DNA from: Octopus bimaculoides
Lineage: Eukaryota
Assembly: GCF_001194135.2 (NCBI RefSeq)
Contig: NC_068981.1
Span: 100,541,749 to 100,605,748, forward strand
Length of the DNA stretch: 64,000 nt
Reading direction: 5' to 3'
Below, piece by piece: positions 1 to 13,866 of the stretch. The notes under the pieces were generated by a model. The model was given only the letters and a program-made list of their open reading frames with translations. It was not told the DNA's origin and ran no database searches. The position numbers were made by a program, and so were the translations under genes. Numbering within the stretch: position 1 is the stretch's first letter; every line of letters begins with the position of its first letter.

Positions 1-290
1 TGTATGGGCTACGTTAAACTATTTTGCAAGTTCTCTACAAGTAGTCGTTGGATTTTCTGTGAAAACAGCTTCCAACTGTTCAGAATCAAGTTGTTTTGAA
101 CAACCTTCTTTTGGCTTATCTTTCAAACTCAAATCTCCACTTCTGAAGTGACAAAACTATCTCCTGCAACTTCTTTCACTCACTACATCATCCCCATAAA
201 CTCTCTGAAGATACTTTACTGCTGTGCTTGCATTAACACATTTATGAAACTCATAGAGTAAGACATATCTGATGTGAACTTTAGATGGGA
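1..290 (-). mobile_element. Decayed mariner transposase, N-terminal HTH fragment
   Basis: Minus frame reads YEFHKCVNASTAVKYLQRVYGDDVVSERSCRR*FCHFRSGDLSLKDKP...TTCRELAK*FNVAHT, with two in-frame stops; it runs off the window edge. Confidence 0.75.
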
Positions 291-1152
291 CGAACATGAG
301 TTCGAATATAGCAGAAGATTATGGCCAATACAATCAGAATCTGAAAGAAAAATGTATAAATTACTCATTGTGACATTCTTAAAACATTGCAAGAGGCACA
401 ATTTTAAAAAATACTATCTAAAACTGTTTTCTAAAACATCAGCCGTTACCTTTGCACCAACCTGATATATATATATTTAATGTAGTTGTGGTTATGGCTG
501 GTCAGAAAGTTACCATTGGTTGTATGTATGTATATATATGTGTGTGTGTACATATGTATGCATGCAGGTATGTATGTATGCATTAGTTTCGATGAACCAC
601 CAAGCAGTGGACCTCTACCAATCTAAGTGCTACAATAATTCAATGCAGTTCAATAGCTCATGCTTACTTTCAAAAGTTCGAGAAGTAAAAGTTTGAATGG
701 GACAATAATAGACACAGAGAAAAGTAACAATTTTCAAGTACAGCATTCATAAAATACAAAAACTTAGTTAAATGTGCTGAAGTAGTGTAATGAGTATGTT
801 CTTAAAATTGAGTCTTTTTGGGTCCAATGCTGAGATAAAAGAATGGAAATCAACATATATAGGTGGTGACACAGTAAATTTATGTCATGTTTAACTGAAG
901 CAAATTTTCTATCAAGACTAACTGAAACAAGCATTGGCAATAAGCATCTCTGTCATTTTGGTGTGGCTCCATCTGCTGAAGGAGAGAGCATGAGTACTTG
1001 GAGTTCCACTTATATAACCATGCATGAAGTGCTAGACTGACCATTAAGCAAAATAAGCATGGCATTAGGGTATAAAGTGGGATGAAGCACAGAAATGGTA
1101 AATATTTTACAGCACAAAAGAAATTACTTTAAACTTGCTAAAATAATATTCT

Positions 1153-1352
1153 TTTCTACTCTAGGCACAAGGCCCAAAATTTTGAGGGAGGGAGCCAATC
1201 AATTAGATCAACTCCAGTACACAGCTGGTACTTAATTCCTCAACCATGAAAGGATAAGTTGACCTTGGCAGAATTTGAACTCAGAACGTAAAGACAGACA
1301 AAATACCACTAAGCATTTCGGCCAGCATGCTAACGTTTCTGCCAGCTCACTG
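1153..1352 (-). mobile_element. tRNA-derived SINE family E; copies at about 5036..5250 (+), 16515..16735 (-), 29112..29280 (+), 29460..29655 (-), 35262..35432 (-), 44253..44458 (+), 55378..55530 (-)
   Basis: Shared gagctggcagaa..gttagc...ttctgagttcaaat...aataagtaccag body. Confidence 0.8.
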
Positions 1353-2997
1353 ATTTGCTAAAATAATATTCAAAGTAGTTTATATGATCAGAAATATAAT
1401 TTTGATGTGTTCATATGTCATAGTGAGGATTAAAGACTTAGCAAAAAAAGTAGGAGAAAACTTTCCAAATATAAATAAAGTGGAATTATACAAAAATAAA
1501 CATTATTTTCCATCTTACTGTTAGTTTTTTTTTTTCATTTTGAAAAATAAAAATTTATTTCATGCTTTAATATTTTATATTTTGAATTACATATATATGG
1601 GGGCAGCAAAATCTTTAAGTGTTTAGGACCTCTGTGGATCTTAATCCAGCCTTAGGTGCATGATTAAGAAGTACTGTTCTTTCAGCCATCCAGTAAACCT
1701 GCGAGAAATGGTTCCATAAGGTTACTGCACAGACCTCTTCTAGATTACTTGGAATCAGCAACTGATAATCATGAAAGCAAAACAAAAAGTAATGAAAACT
1801 GAATGATGTTAAAAATACCTCAAATGATGTGAATATTACTAATGTGGTTTCAAATAAAAGTAAGGCTACATTATTCCCAATATTTGCAAAATACTTTCAA
1901 GATTAGTGATGTGTGGAAGACACATATATAGTAATAATGATGAATTTATTGTATTCAGTGCTCAGGTACACTACAACTCAATAGAAAAAGTAACTAAAAT
2001 TGCATGAACAGTACATGGAGTAGACACAGTAAGTGATCAGAGACTAAGTCATTAAAGTCATTAATAAAAAAAAAAACAGGAAATGGGGACATTGCTGGCG
2101 AATTTCAGGAAACATGGAAGTTTTGAAGAATATAGTGTCCTGACAGCTAACAACTGATGAGGATAGTTTATTCCATGCTTCAGCAATTGCAAGTGTGAAA
2201 AGATGTTTCCAAACGTCATGGATGCTGTGTTGTTTCTTAATTTTGTAAATATTTCCACAAGGGTTAAACATGAGAATTTGCAAGTAAATGGGTATATTCA
2301 ACTGACTGAACTATATTTTGTATATCTAATAACTGTAACAACCACAAATCATGTGTTAAAAGCCAAATTAAAAGAAGTTTAAATGTTTGAGACTCAGCAA
2401 ACTATGTTTCATGAATATTTTGGAACATACATGTTCCATGTATAGGTGGTAACACAGTAAATTTATGTCTTCTTCAACTGAAACAAATTTTTTATCAAGA
2501 AACAAGCTGAAACAAGCATTGGCAATAACCATCTCTGTCATGAAACAGTTTCATGAATATTTTGGAACATACATGAGAAAAATAAACCATAGAAATGTGT
2601 CTATTTTGCATTGTATTAATTCTATTTGTTCATTATATAAACAATAATACACTCTGCCTATTCTGCTCTAAACACCTTGTCATATTTCTAACAGTAATAC
2701 ACACTGCCTTTCTTATTGTCTATAACATAAACCTTTTTGTAACAATAAAACATTCTACTTTAGTGTTTTAATAATTTTGTAGCATTTTACTGTTTGCATT
2801 CTTATATTTGCAGCCTATACTAATACTTATTCCAAAAATTAATACCTTCAATTATATGAAATCTTTATTAATAGTTCTGGTAAAAGATAAACATGTTAGT
2901 GATGTAGAAGTTTTTCCCTTTGATAGGAAGTACTTTTAATAAGTTTTTACATTGAAATGGGATGGATAAGTCCATTTGATTGGTCTACAGTATTTAA

Positions 2998-3210
2998 CCC
3001 TTTAGCATTCAGATTACTCTGTCAAATGTACTACTTATTTATTCACATTATTTTGAGTTAATCATGCATTATCTTGTACCTTTGAGATTTTGATGATATA
3101 ATTTATTTGTAGAATGATATTATTGAGTGTGAGAGGCCATATATGGCTAGTTTGAACATAAAACAGATAAAACATTTGGGTTGGATATGGCCAGTTTAAA
3201 TGCCAAAGGG
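2998..3210. mobile_element. piggyBac-type MITE (213 bp); second, inverted copy at 23020..23233
   Basis: TTAA|CCCTTTAGCATT...AATGCCAAAGGG|TTAA. The second copy has TTAA on one side and TTTA on the other. Confidence 0.85.
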
Positions 3211-4279
3211 TTAATACAACCTTATTTATGTTTGATATTATTGCAAAATAAACCTGCAAGAGTGTATTGTTGTTAAAAAACCTCTAAGAAACAACATTCT
3301 CTTGGCAATTTAGAAAACTAGATGTTTATGTTTGTACAAAATATGCTTCTAAAACAATTTTAATAACAATAGAACATATTTGAGGTAACAAAACCCAGGA
3401 ATGTTAAGAAAAAATGATAAGGATGATATGAAATAACTTCATCAAAATTTCACTTATAAATTTAGATCTTTTTTGCCAAATTACCTATTTCTTAACCCAG
3501 AATTCTCCTATTTCTTAACCATGCCAAAGCACACCTCGCTGGTGCTGGTGCCACATAAAAAGCACCCAGGATACTCTGTAAAGTGGCTGGCATTAGGGAA
3601 GGCATCAAGCCATAAAAACCATGCCCAAACAGGTCTCACCAGTGCTGGTGCCACATACAAAGCACTCAATCTACTCTGTGAGGTAGTTGGTGTTAGGAAG
3701 GGCATCCAGCCATAAAAAACAGGCCAAAGCAGACAGTGAAGCCTGGTGCAGTCTTCTGCCTAGCCAGCTCCTGTCTAACCATCCAGTCTATGCCAGCATT
3801 AAATGATGATGAAGTAGTATCCTCAAGTCAATCCATATTTGGCTTTCACTTCATTTTACACAAATAGGAAATTCTTGCTCATTTGCCCTTCTTTTATCCC
3901 ATTGTCATAGCACAATAACAAGCATGCCCATCGTTTACCTAAAACAGACAGTTACTGAAATGAACTTTGATTTCATTGCTTTTTAAACTCTCTCTCTTTA
4001 ACAATACTCTCTTTCAGTAGAAAACTCACTGAAGTAAAACTGTTGTCCTAACATGCTAAAAGCTTTCAATCATGTTTCCTATGTCCAGCCTTGACTAGAC
4101 ACTTCTCATTGGCTCTCCTCTTCTAAGCAAGTATATTTACAAGCAACTTATCTAACCCATCCTATCAACTTGTGCCTAATAAGCTCAACAAACTTCCTTC
4201 TTTCTACACTAATGAACTTCATGCTATTATCACCAACTACATTTCTGCATTTGTATGCTACCTCAAAATAGCTTTCATT

Positions 4280-4482
4280 TATGAGGAGGTACTGAAAAGT
4301 TCCTGACTTTGGCTAAAAGAAAATACAGGAGGATCAGTTAGTTATGATTTTATTGAACATATTCCCCTTTCAAATTCACATATGTATTGCAGTAGTCCTT
4401 CCGTTTTTCTAAACCCTGCAAAAGAACTTGGAAGGTTGAGCCCCCAACCTTAAAGCCAGGAACTTTTCAGCACTCCCTCATA
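4280..4482. mobile_element. Tc1/mariner-derived MITE
   Basis: About 30-bp TIRs (tatgaggaggtactgaaaagttcctgacttt / aaagccaggaacttttcagcactccctcata) bounded by TA. Confidence 0.85.
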
Positions 4483-5377
4483 TATCATTTGGCATTGGGG
4501 TTAGACAACTTGAGCTCAAAATATACTAATCGTTTCAAGAGAGCAAATCCCAAATACTTATGAGCCAAACATGCACCAAAATATTCCTCAGACAGCAAAC
4601 ATTGCTCATAAGGACTGAAAATATTGTAGGGCCTGAAAATACTTCAGTTTTGAATTTCTTTTAATCTTCTAGAAACCCATATTACTTTATGCCAATATTG
4701 TTTGAATTTTTGGTCAGGGGTCCCACTACACACACATACACACACTTTTACTCCATCCAAGAAAAAGCAGTCCAACTTTTAAGTAAATTACTAACACCTC
4801 TATTAGCACATGAGTTGTGTCTTTGATTTTTCTCTTCTACCACTACTAGAGCCACATTTGATTCCACTAAGGTGTCCTGTATCAAATTGTAAAAACTGAA
4901 GAGTACATACATTCCCAATCTATCTTATCCCAAACTATATCCTTCTGAAATTTTCTTTTCACATTTTGTCTTCAACTACTTGTTGGTAACAGTTGGCTCT
5001 CATACTATATCATCACCCTGTTACTTCTGTATGAAAGGCAATAAGATGGCAGAAATATTAGCACACGAGGCAAAATGTTTAGTGGCATTTCATCTGTCTT
5101 TACATTCTGAGTTCAAATTCCACCGAGGTCGACTTTACCTTTCATCTTTTCAGAATCAATAAAATAAGTACCAGTTGAGTACTTGGATCGATATAATTGA
5201 CTTAACCCCTCCTCTAAAATTGCTAACCTTGTGCCAAAAATTTGAAACTTGTTGCTTCTGTAACTTCATTTCTGACTAATGATTTGTAAAGGAAAAAAAA
5301 ATTATATTTTAAGTTTTAAACATTTTCAAATCACCAAATTTCTTTTTGTTTTATTTCAGATTGGTTTTAAAAAAAAA

Positions 5378-5565
5378 ATGACATTAGATTTGGACCATGA
5401 CAAACGGCTGTCTCATGGTGCGGTCACTGGAAGTATCTCTCCCAAAACAAAAATACTACTCCAACCTTTAAATGTACCACTCAGCAAACAAGAAAGACAA
5501 TTACTTATGGAGCAACTAAACCTGCGGGAACAATTACCTTTGATGTCAAGAAAAGAAACAGCCAA
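5378..5565 (+). CDS. TTC29: TTC29-like TPR protein, coding exon 1 (MTLDLDHDKR...SRKETA, phase 2)
   Basis: Acceptor ttttatttcag ends at 5359, ATG at 5378, donor AA|gtatta at 5566. AA plus C of the next exon gives Asn and keeps the frame. The acceptor upstream of the ATG implies an unlocated 5' UTR exon. Confidence 0.75.
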
Positions 5566-7155
5566 GTATTATATTTCTGTATTTTGATATGATTTATTTC
5601 ATTAGGTTGGTGAGTTGGTTGAAAATAGGAACATTAGACTAAATATGTTACATTATTTAAATTTATCCTGGTATATTCTGATTTCCCATATTGCTTAGAT
5701 CAAATTTTTGCTTTTTTAAAGATTAATTCTCTCTCTTCGGTTGTGTTGCTCTTGTGGATTCCCATGACAATGTCGCCATCCAATTCCATTATTATGAATT
5801 TGAACTGAGAGCTTGAGTCATAGTGAATTAGCTTATTACACAACCATGGACACCACTCCTATGGATGCATTGCAGTTACTCTCATGATAGAGTTTGGGTT
5901 AGGGTTGTTGATTGTTGATTTTCTAGGATTCCTCTGCTCAGCTTCAATGTAAGAAGCACCGTTGGCTCAGTTGAGCTCTTCCACTACCTCTTCACAATCC
6001 ACCATGCTACAATTCCATGACTTTGCCATATCCCTAGCAGGGTGGCTGAATGGGTGCTATGCCTTGCCAAAGGGCAACCTGTAACTATGCAACACACAGT
6101 CATCACTCCATGCGGTGTTTTCAAAATACCCACATACCCACAAAGATTAAATCAGTCAACTATAACTCATTCAGTTTCAAAAATTGACTTTCATGCCTAG
6201 TCAATGGAAATCAATAGGCTTTAATCCTAGCATATAGGAATTCAACACTGTGTTGTCAGTGCTAACTAAGAATACACTAGGTGTTGAAGCATCTATGACA
6301 GATTGACTGGGAACTAACACTTAGAATATATTTGAGGTACAAGAATATTCAGCTGTAGTGACACCCATGAAATAATGTCAAAGAACTGTTTTTATAGCTT
6401 GCTAGAAATAGCCTATGGTGCCTGTTACCTTGATCAGTGTGCCCTACAAGGGATGTCCTGTGAAGACATAATATTGGGGAAGACAAAGAGGGGTAAACAA
6501 CTATTAAAATTTATCCAACACCTTGTCAAAGGGAGAAGAATTATATAGTTGCAAACTTTATTTTGTCTTCTTATTAATAAGCAGAGTGGAAAACAAAAGT
6601 TTTCATATATTTGGGCAGGTGCTATTATTTGTCAGTTTGAGAAGCATTGATCAAGGTTACAAAGTTGGTGTTAGTGGTAGTTGTCATATTATGATAGCTA
6701 GAGTAAAAAAGGAATAGAAGAAATTTAGAAAGCTGTTGCTTCTGTTTGTAAAAATCATTTATAGACCTCCATCTTTTCACAGTAAATTACAAAGAATACA
6801 AAATAGTTCACTTTCCATAATCATAGGCTACACACAGATCACTTACAAAATGAAACAAATACAAAAAAAAACATTTAGAAATAGTATAACTCCAATTCAC
6901 ACAGACCCTGTTACTACATGTTAAATCACCCTCAAATCCCGGACACATCTACAAAGCTCCAAATACTAACATAATACTATACAGGCCAAAATAGATGCAA
7001 AAAAATCACTAACAACAATGCTAACATGTGCTTATGTTGCCTATCCATTCAGACACAGTGCCTTGATAAGCGTATATCAGTGCTTCTCAATATTTTTAAA
7101 TAGCACCCTTTTCTTTTGCTAACACTCTTTCAATGTCTCAACTCACCATCTATAA

Positions 7156-9003
7156 CACTGGACAACAAAGATTTTGCTACTGGGGTAAAAGCATGTATTT
7201 TAGACTACATCAAGGATGCTGATTCTGAATCTACACTCAGAATTCTTCTAGCACGTCAAGACTTTGAGTTATATACAATGTTATAACTATATTTTCTGCT
7301 AGATATAGGCCGTATTATAAAATTTGCTAAGATGAAAGCAGTCTTAATTCAAAATTAAAGAAATAACAACAATAAAACAAATGATGAGAAAGTTCATTAT
7401 TTAGTTTAACACATGCCAAATATGTCAGTTTATTCTTGGTCACTCTCAGTCTTGTTTGCACTGCCGTCATGTTTGGTATGTGTATCTCTCACTCTCCTGT
7501 TTTAACTGTGTTCATTGTGTTAGATAATGAATAGGAGAGGCTGCATGAATCACCCAGACAACTGTTGTTATGTCTGTGGAAAATTTGCTCCATGTGACCA
7601 GCAGAAGAACATTGCCACCAAATTAAAAACTACCTATCAATATTATTTCGGGTGTAAAAACTGCCTATAAATATTATTTCTGGTGTAAAGGGGTGAGCAC
7701 TTCATATATGCTGCACCATGCAGGACTTACACAGTAGCTGAATGGAAAACAGAAGGGAATGCCTTTTGCTGTACCAATGGTATGGCTTGAGCCAACGAAT
7801 CATATCTCTGGTTGTTACTTTTGCATGACTACTATTAGAGGTTTCTCAAAGTAAACCAATGCAAAAATTGTGTATGTAGATTGTAAATTGGCTCTAAAGC
7901 CAGTCCCACATAACTTCGAGAACCCTGTCCCAGTTCCCTTCTCACATGATTCACTTGAAGACCTCAACATGTCGAATGATGAACCCCCTGATTCTCCCAT
8001 CGACGATTCTAAAAAAATGGCCCACACTTGTTTAATCAAGAAGATTTGAACGATTTAGTAAGCGACCTAGCATTGTCAAAGGAAAAAGGCAAAGTTTTGA
8101 GATCCAGACTACAGCAATGGAATCTCCTACAGAAAGGTACAAAAATTTCCATTTTCCATTTTCCATTCTTGCCATGAAGGCTTATCTTTTTCAAGCAAGA
8201 AAATAATGCTTGTTTCTGTACTCATGTTAATGCACTCATGCAAAAACTAGGACACGTGCATGTGGCTATCAACTGGAGATTGTTTATAGACTTGAGTAAG
8301 GTTAGCCTCAAAGCTGTGTTGTTAGGTAATGGTAATGAAAAACCTTCCATTCCTGTGGGTCAAGTTGTTGGTATGGAAAAAACTTATGAATCGATGGAAC
8401 TCATTCTGAAAGGTGTTAATTACTCAGTTCATAAGTGGAATATTTGTGGTGATTTAAAGGTGATTTCCCTTCTCCTAGGACTGCAGCTGGGATATACCAA
8501 AAATATGTGCTTCTTGTATATTTGGAACAGCCGTGATGACAGCAATCATTAGACTGTAAAAGATTGGCCTAAAAGAGATGAGCGCATAGTCAATCGGTAC
8601 AATGTACAGCACATACCACTGTTAAACCCGCAAAAGATCTTCTTTTTACCCCTTCACATCAAACTTGGCCTCATGATAAACTTTGTAAAAGTGTTGACAC
8701 ATGATGGTTGTGGCTTTCGGTACCTAAAAGTAAAATTTGGTGCAGAGAAAAGTGACCCAAAACTGAAAGCAGGCATTTTCATTGAACCTGAGATCAGAGA
8801 ATTGATGTCTGATAGCAAATTCAGAGGTAAACTGAATCCAGTTGAGCTGACGACATAGGATTCATTCGTGTTAGTTGTACAGAACTTTCTTGGAAATCGT
8901 ATAGCTGAAAACTATGCTTATTTAATAAACAACATGCTAACAGCGTATGAAAAAATGGGATGCTGAATGTCCCTTAAAATGCACTTCTTGCATTCTCATC
9001 TAG
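7156..9003 (+). mobile_element. Chapaev3-like DNA transposon, decayed and 3'-truncated
   Basis: Starts TAA|CACTGGACAAC (TWA target, CAC terminus). Broken ORF with HPDNCCYVCG, AVPMVWLEPTNHISGCYFC, WRLFIDLSKVSLKAVLL, ICGDLKV, PLHIKLGLM and MSLKMHFLHSHL. No right terminus seen. Confidence 0.78.
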
Positions 9004-9657
9004 AGACAGGTTATAATTAACATGTATAAGTTATATATTAGAACACATATATGTACATATATCAGGACATATATGTACTATGATTAACAACAATTAAGTC
9101 AGTGTCAATGTTAATATTTAATGCAGGGTTTGCAGAAGAAAAATAAAAAGAATGTGGTGGGGGGAAAAAACTACATTAATATTGACTCGTATTTTAATTA
9201 TTTCACTGGAGGATCTAAAAAGGCTATGAGCAGAGACCCTATCTCCAGACCAATACAATGAAATAAAAAGCAAGGGAGAAAATTTTGAGCATGTTTTGGT
9301 TTTATTATAATTGCAGCAAAGGCAACAAGCTGGCAGAGTTGATAGTGCCAGAAAAAAAAGCCTTGCAGTATTTCTTCCATTTCTTTACATTCTGAGTTCA
9401 AATCCTGCCAAGACCAACTTTATTTTACATTCCTCTAGACTCAATAAATTAAGGTATTTGGGTTGATGGTATCTTACAGTGTTAGTACCAAGTTCACTCA
9501 CAAGGCTTTCAACTCAGGGATATAGTAGAAGACCCTTGCCCAAAGTGCTGTGCAGTGGTACTGAACCCATGACCACATGGTTAGGAAGCTTCTTTACCGC
9601 TCATCAACACCTACACCTGTATTTCATTTTCTTTTTCATATTTAATTATTTTTGTAG

Positions 9658-9872
9658 CTTTTGGAAAACATCCAAGCACTTGATGTGTGTCGAGTTACTG
9701 TCTCAAGGTTTTCATCAGTCATTTGATGAAATTTTCAATCTCATACAAAAACAGAAGAGATTAAACACTGAGAACTTAGAGACAGCTAATCAGATTTTTC
9801 TGGAAGATGAAATGGAAAAACTTGAAGTAATTAGAACTTATTTAACTGAAGCTGAAGCAGCAACAAGGAAAG
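9658..9872 (+). CDS. TTC29: TTC29-like coding exon 2 (FWKTSKHLMCVELLSQGFHQSFDEIF...YLTEAEAATRK)
   Basis: tttgtag acceptor and AG|gttaga donor. The peptide resembles recalled human TTC29 (NICVDMLRDGYHKSFTELF...YLTRAEDAERK). Confidence 0.9.
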
Positions 9873-10363
9873 GTTAGATATAATTATATATATATATATT
9901 ATTATCATTCTTAAAATAGTTACATTGGATAATAATAGAATTAATAACACCTTCATAAATTAATTATATATATGTATATATATATATATATTTGTTATTA
10001 GCAATGGAAGCAGTATTAGTTCAAAATAGCATTCTGTATATCATACATAATGGTGATATACTGTTGAAGTCCAGGAAACTGTTGTATTCATCTTAAGGAA
10101 GCAAATATCACACTTTAGCAAATGGTTATTAAGTGGACGCTTGTTATTGAGGACACTCAATGAAGCAGAAATATGTATTTTGCAGTTCAAACACTACTGC
10201 TACTGAACACTTTTTACTTGCTACTCATATATTTCTGTGTTTTTTTAACACAATACAGATATATGAGATGCTTTCTCAAGATAAATACTGCAATTTCCAA
10301 ACTTTCGATGGTATATATACATTAAGTATGATATACAGAATTTTATATACACATATATATGTA

Positions 10364-10394
<31 letters not shown>

Positions 10395-10560
10395 TTGTCT
10401 AAATATCTGTGATGAGGAATTCTGAGTGGTTGGCGTTAGGAAGGGCATCCAGCTGTAGAAACTCTGCCAAATCAGACTGGAGCCTGGTGTTGCCATCCAG
10501 TTTCACCAGTCCTCAGTCAAATCATCCAACCCATGCTAGCATGGAAAGCGGGCGTTAAAC

Positions 10561-10593
<33 letters not shown>

Positions 10594-13500
10594 ATGCATA
10601 TATTTGAACTAATGTCCTCACCTTAGTTGTTTTAGTCACAATGTTTCAGTCATTCTACCCTCTGGCCTTCTTCAGATGCATGTTACCTTTCACTGAGGTT
10701 TGAATCAAACTCTTTATTGAAATCATGTAGTTAGATGTTTTCACTCCATTGCTCATGCCAGGGAGATTCTCATATTAGTTATTCTCATACTTGAAATGTC
10801 ACTAATTTTACTTTAACCAGAATATATAGATTTACTAATCCAGAGATTGAACTCACACCCATCAGGTAAACAACACTTAAACATTGTATACCAGTATCAT
10901 ACTTGCTGGTTCACTTAAACCCTTCGCTAATGAAACAAAGGCCTTCGATAAATTATTTTTCCACCGTTCTTGACTCTGGGGCTGTCTTTATTGCTATTTC
11001 CTTGTTAGATCCCTGCCTTTTCAGCTTTTCCTCAGAATCCCTCCTATTTTGCTGCACTGCATTATATGTTTCCCTAAGAGAAGGCCTTTCTCTTCCAGGT
11101 CCTGTTTTTGAATCAGTGCAGTAGGCAGTATGTCAGTCTCATAATCAAGCATGAAATCACAGGAATCTGAAGGTTGTGAGTTCGATCCACACCTGGGACA
11201 CATTTATTTTATAGGCACAGGCATGGCTGTGTGGTAAGAAGCTTGCTTTCCAACCACATGGTTCTGGGTTCAGTCCCACTGTGTGGCACCTTAGGCAAAT
11301 ATCTTCTACTATAGCCTTGGGCCAACCAAAGCCTTGTGAGTGGTTGGTTTGGCAGACGGAAACTGAAAGAAACCCATCATATATATGTATATGTATCTGT
11401 CTGTGTTTGTCTCCTCCCCCATCACCACCATCACTTGACAACCAATGTTGGTGTGTTTACATCCCTAAAACTTGCAGTTCGGCTAAAGAAACCAAAAGAA
11501 TAAGAACTGGGCTTACAAAGAATAAGTCCTGGGGTTAATTTCTTTGATTAAAACCCTTTAAGGTGGTGCTCCAGCATGGCTGCAGACAAATGACTGAAAC
11601 ATGTAAAAGAATAAAAGAATGATTCAGTAACTTTATTTTTGTTTTGTTAGATAACAGAGTTGGCCCTACACAAACCCATTTTTACCTCTGGAAAGAGATG
11701 GTCCATGTTAATTTGGTCTCTGTCCTTTGATCTGTTGAGCATTTGCTGGTATAGCTCTCAGGGTCATTAAGGCATGCAAGCCACCACGCTACAACCAGTG
11801 TGGGACCTTATGGTGAAGTATAATGCTTAGTGTACCAGTGTACACTAAGCATTAGTGAAGGCACGTGGTTCAGTTGTTAGAGCATTAGACTCACAATCAT
11901 GGGATAGTGAGTTCGATTCCCAGACTGGGCTGTGTGTTGTGTCCTTGAGCAAGACATTTTATTTTACTCAGCTGTAGAAATGAGTTGTGATGTCACTGCT
12001 GCTAAGCTGTATTGGCCTTTGCCTTTCCCTTGGATAAAATTGGTGACATGGAGAGGAGGGGCTGGTGTGCATGGGTGACTGCTGGTCTTCTATAAACAAC
12101 CTTGCCCAAACTTGTGCCTTGGAGGCTAACTTTCTCAGTGCAATCCTATAGTCATTCATGACCAAAAGGGGTCTTTACCAGTGTATCAGTATAATCAACA
12201 TTTAGACTTACTATGTCAATGCCCTGTAAAACAATCAGGGTGAAAATTAGAAGTTTTAATTAGAAGTTTTAATCATTTTTTTAAAAACATTAGGCTTCAT
12301 TTTCTTTTCTTAATTAAAGGCTTTCATATGTTGTTGGCCTTTATGGTAGACCAACTGAGGAAGTTACCAAAGCCTAGTATATGGGTTTATTCTTTCAGTT
12401 CCAGTGCTGATTCCTATCTATTATCTTGACTTTGCTTCACAAGAGCTAGTGGTTTCCCACTTCCCTTTCCCTTCCATAAATTATCAGTCATACCTCATTT
12501 TTCTGTCTCCTCATTGATTGTGGTTTTATCATGTTCCTCTAGTCCTACTTTTAGGGAGAAGCTGGTCTCATCTTTAAATTTCTTGTCACAACTTTTCAAA
12601 AGAAAGGTGAGTGAGTAAGGGATGATATCATGAGGTTAGATGAGATAAAGATCAGATATATCTAGCCAGGAGATGAGAACGTTTTGTGTTATGCAAGACA
12701 GTATGTCGTTATGGATGAGAATATAGTTTAGGAGAAATGTTTCTGAAACAATATTGATGTACTTATGCTCAGCAGTAGTGAACGGAAACACACATGGAAG
12801 TGTTATTGTTTTGGAATAAAGAGTATGATTTGAAGGAGATTTGGCTGCTATTTCTAACAGATCAAAGGACTACATTGGCCATTTGTTGGCTCATGAAAGA
12901 GTAAATAGTTCATTAATGTATAGGTTGTAACAGAAATAAGAATGCATGCTCACACATCTGGGATGGTGTAGCTTCTACAGCACATATGCATTATTTACGA
13001 CTTCTAATACTACTTTATTTTATTGACTCTGAAAGAATGAAAGGAATTGTTGATCCTTGTGTGATGTGATCTGATAGGTGTGAAGTATTGAACTAGATAC
13101 TACTGTAAAATCTGCTGAACTTGGGCTTTTACAAAACTTCAATTAGAAATAGGTGATTAGTTCATCATTTCAAAATATTTAATGATGTCAGAAAAGTATC
13201 TAATGAGTAAAAAAAGGTGTATCTAATGAGCAAATTACTGTTGNNNNNNNNNNNNNNNNNNNNNNNNNNNNNNNNNNNNNNNNNNNNNNNNNNNNNNNNN
13301 NNNNNNNNNNNNNNNNNNNNNNNNNNNNNNNNNNNNNNNNNNNNNNNNNNNNNNNNNNNNNNNNNNNNNNNNNNNNNNNNNNNNNNNNNNNNNNNNNNNN
13401 NNNNNNNNNNNNNNNNNNNNNNNNNNNNNNNNNNNNNNNNNNGAAGTATGTTACAGAGAGATTGCAACAACTGCAGAAAAATAGTAGGTTTGATCAGTTT

Positions 13501-13680
13501 GATATACATCATCATCATCATGCTTTTTTTTGCTATGCAATTTTGCAGAACGTTTAACCTCACTAGAAGATAATTAAAAAAAAAACAGGTGCTATTACAA
13601 AAATGAAAATAATGATTCAGATTAAAATAATCATAATGATTTGCTGCTCTTTTCACTTTTTTTTTTTTTTCTCTCACCAG

Positions 13681-13866
13681 AGGATTACCGCAAAGCTTAT
13701 GATGCTCGCCTGTGGCTTGCCAATTATTTCACTTGTAAAGATGACAAGTGGCTCTCAGACCATTTCCACCAAACTTGTCTGGAAGTCAGTCGACTCGTAC
13801 GAACAGATGGAGGCAAAACATATGCTGAAGGATTTTGTAATATTGCACTTTCTTTGAAAGACAGTG
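13681..13866 (+). CDS. TTC29: TTC29-like coding exon 3 (EDYRKAYDARLWLANYF...DDKWLSDHFHQTCLEVS...)
   Basis: Long polypyrimidine tract plus cag, G|gtatgt donor, 186 nt, phase 1-1. Resembles recalled TTC29 LACYFNNSEDKWVRNHFYERC. Confidence 0.92.

Noticed and set aside
10633-10681. Hammerhead-like CUGAAGA...GAAACAUUGUG on the minus strand
   Set aside because: The cleavage-site base is G, stem II is weak and stem I is absent; at best a dead Penelope-tail remnant.
13165-13677. Long ORF-track entries spanning N gaps or microsatellites (e.g. 13165..13677, 19846..20559, 47414..48166, 58946..59424)
   Set aside because: Their length comes from N codons or (TA/CA/CAT)n runs, not from coding signal.
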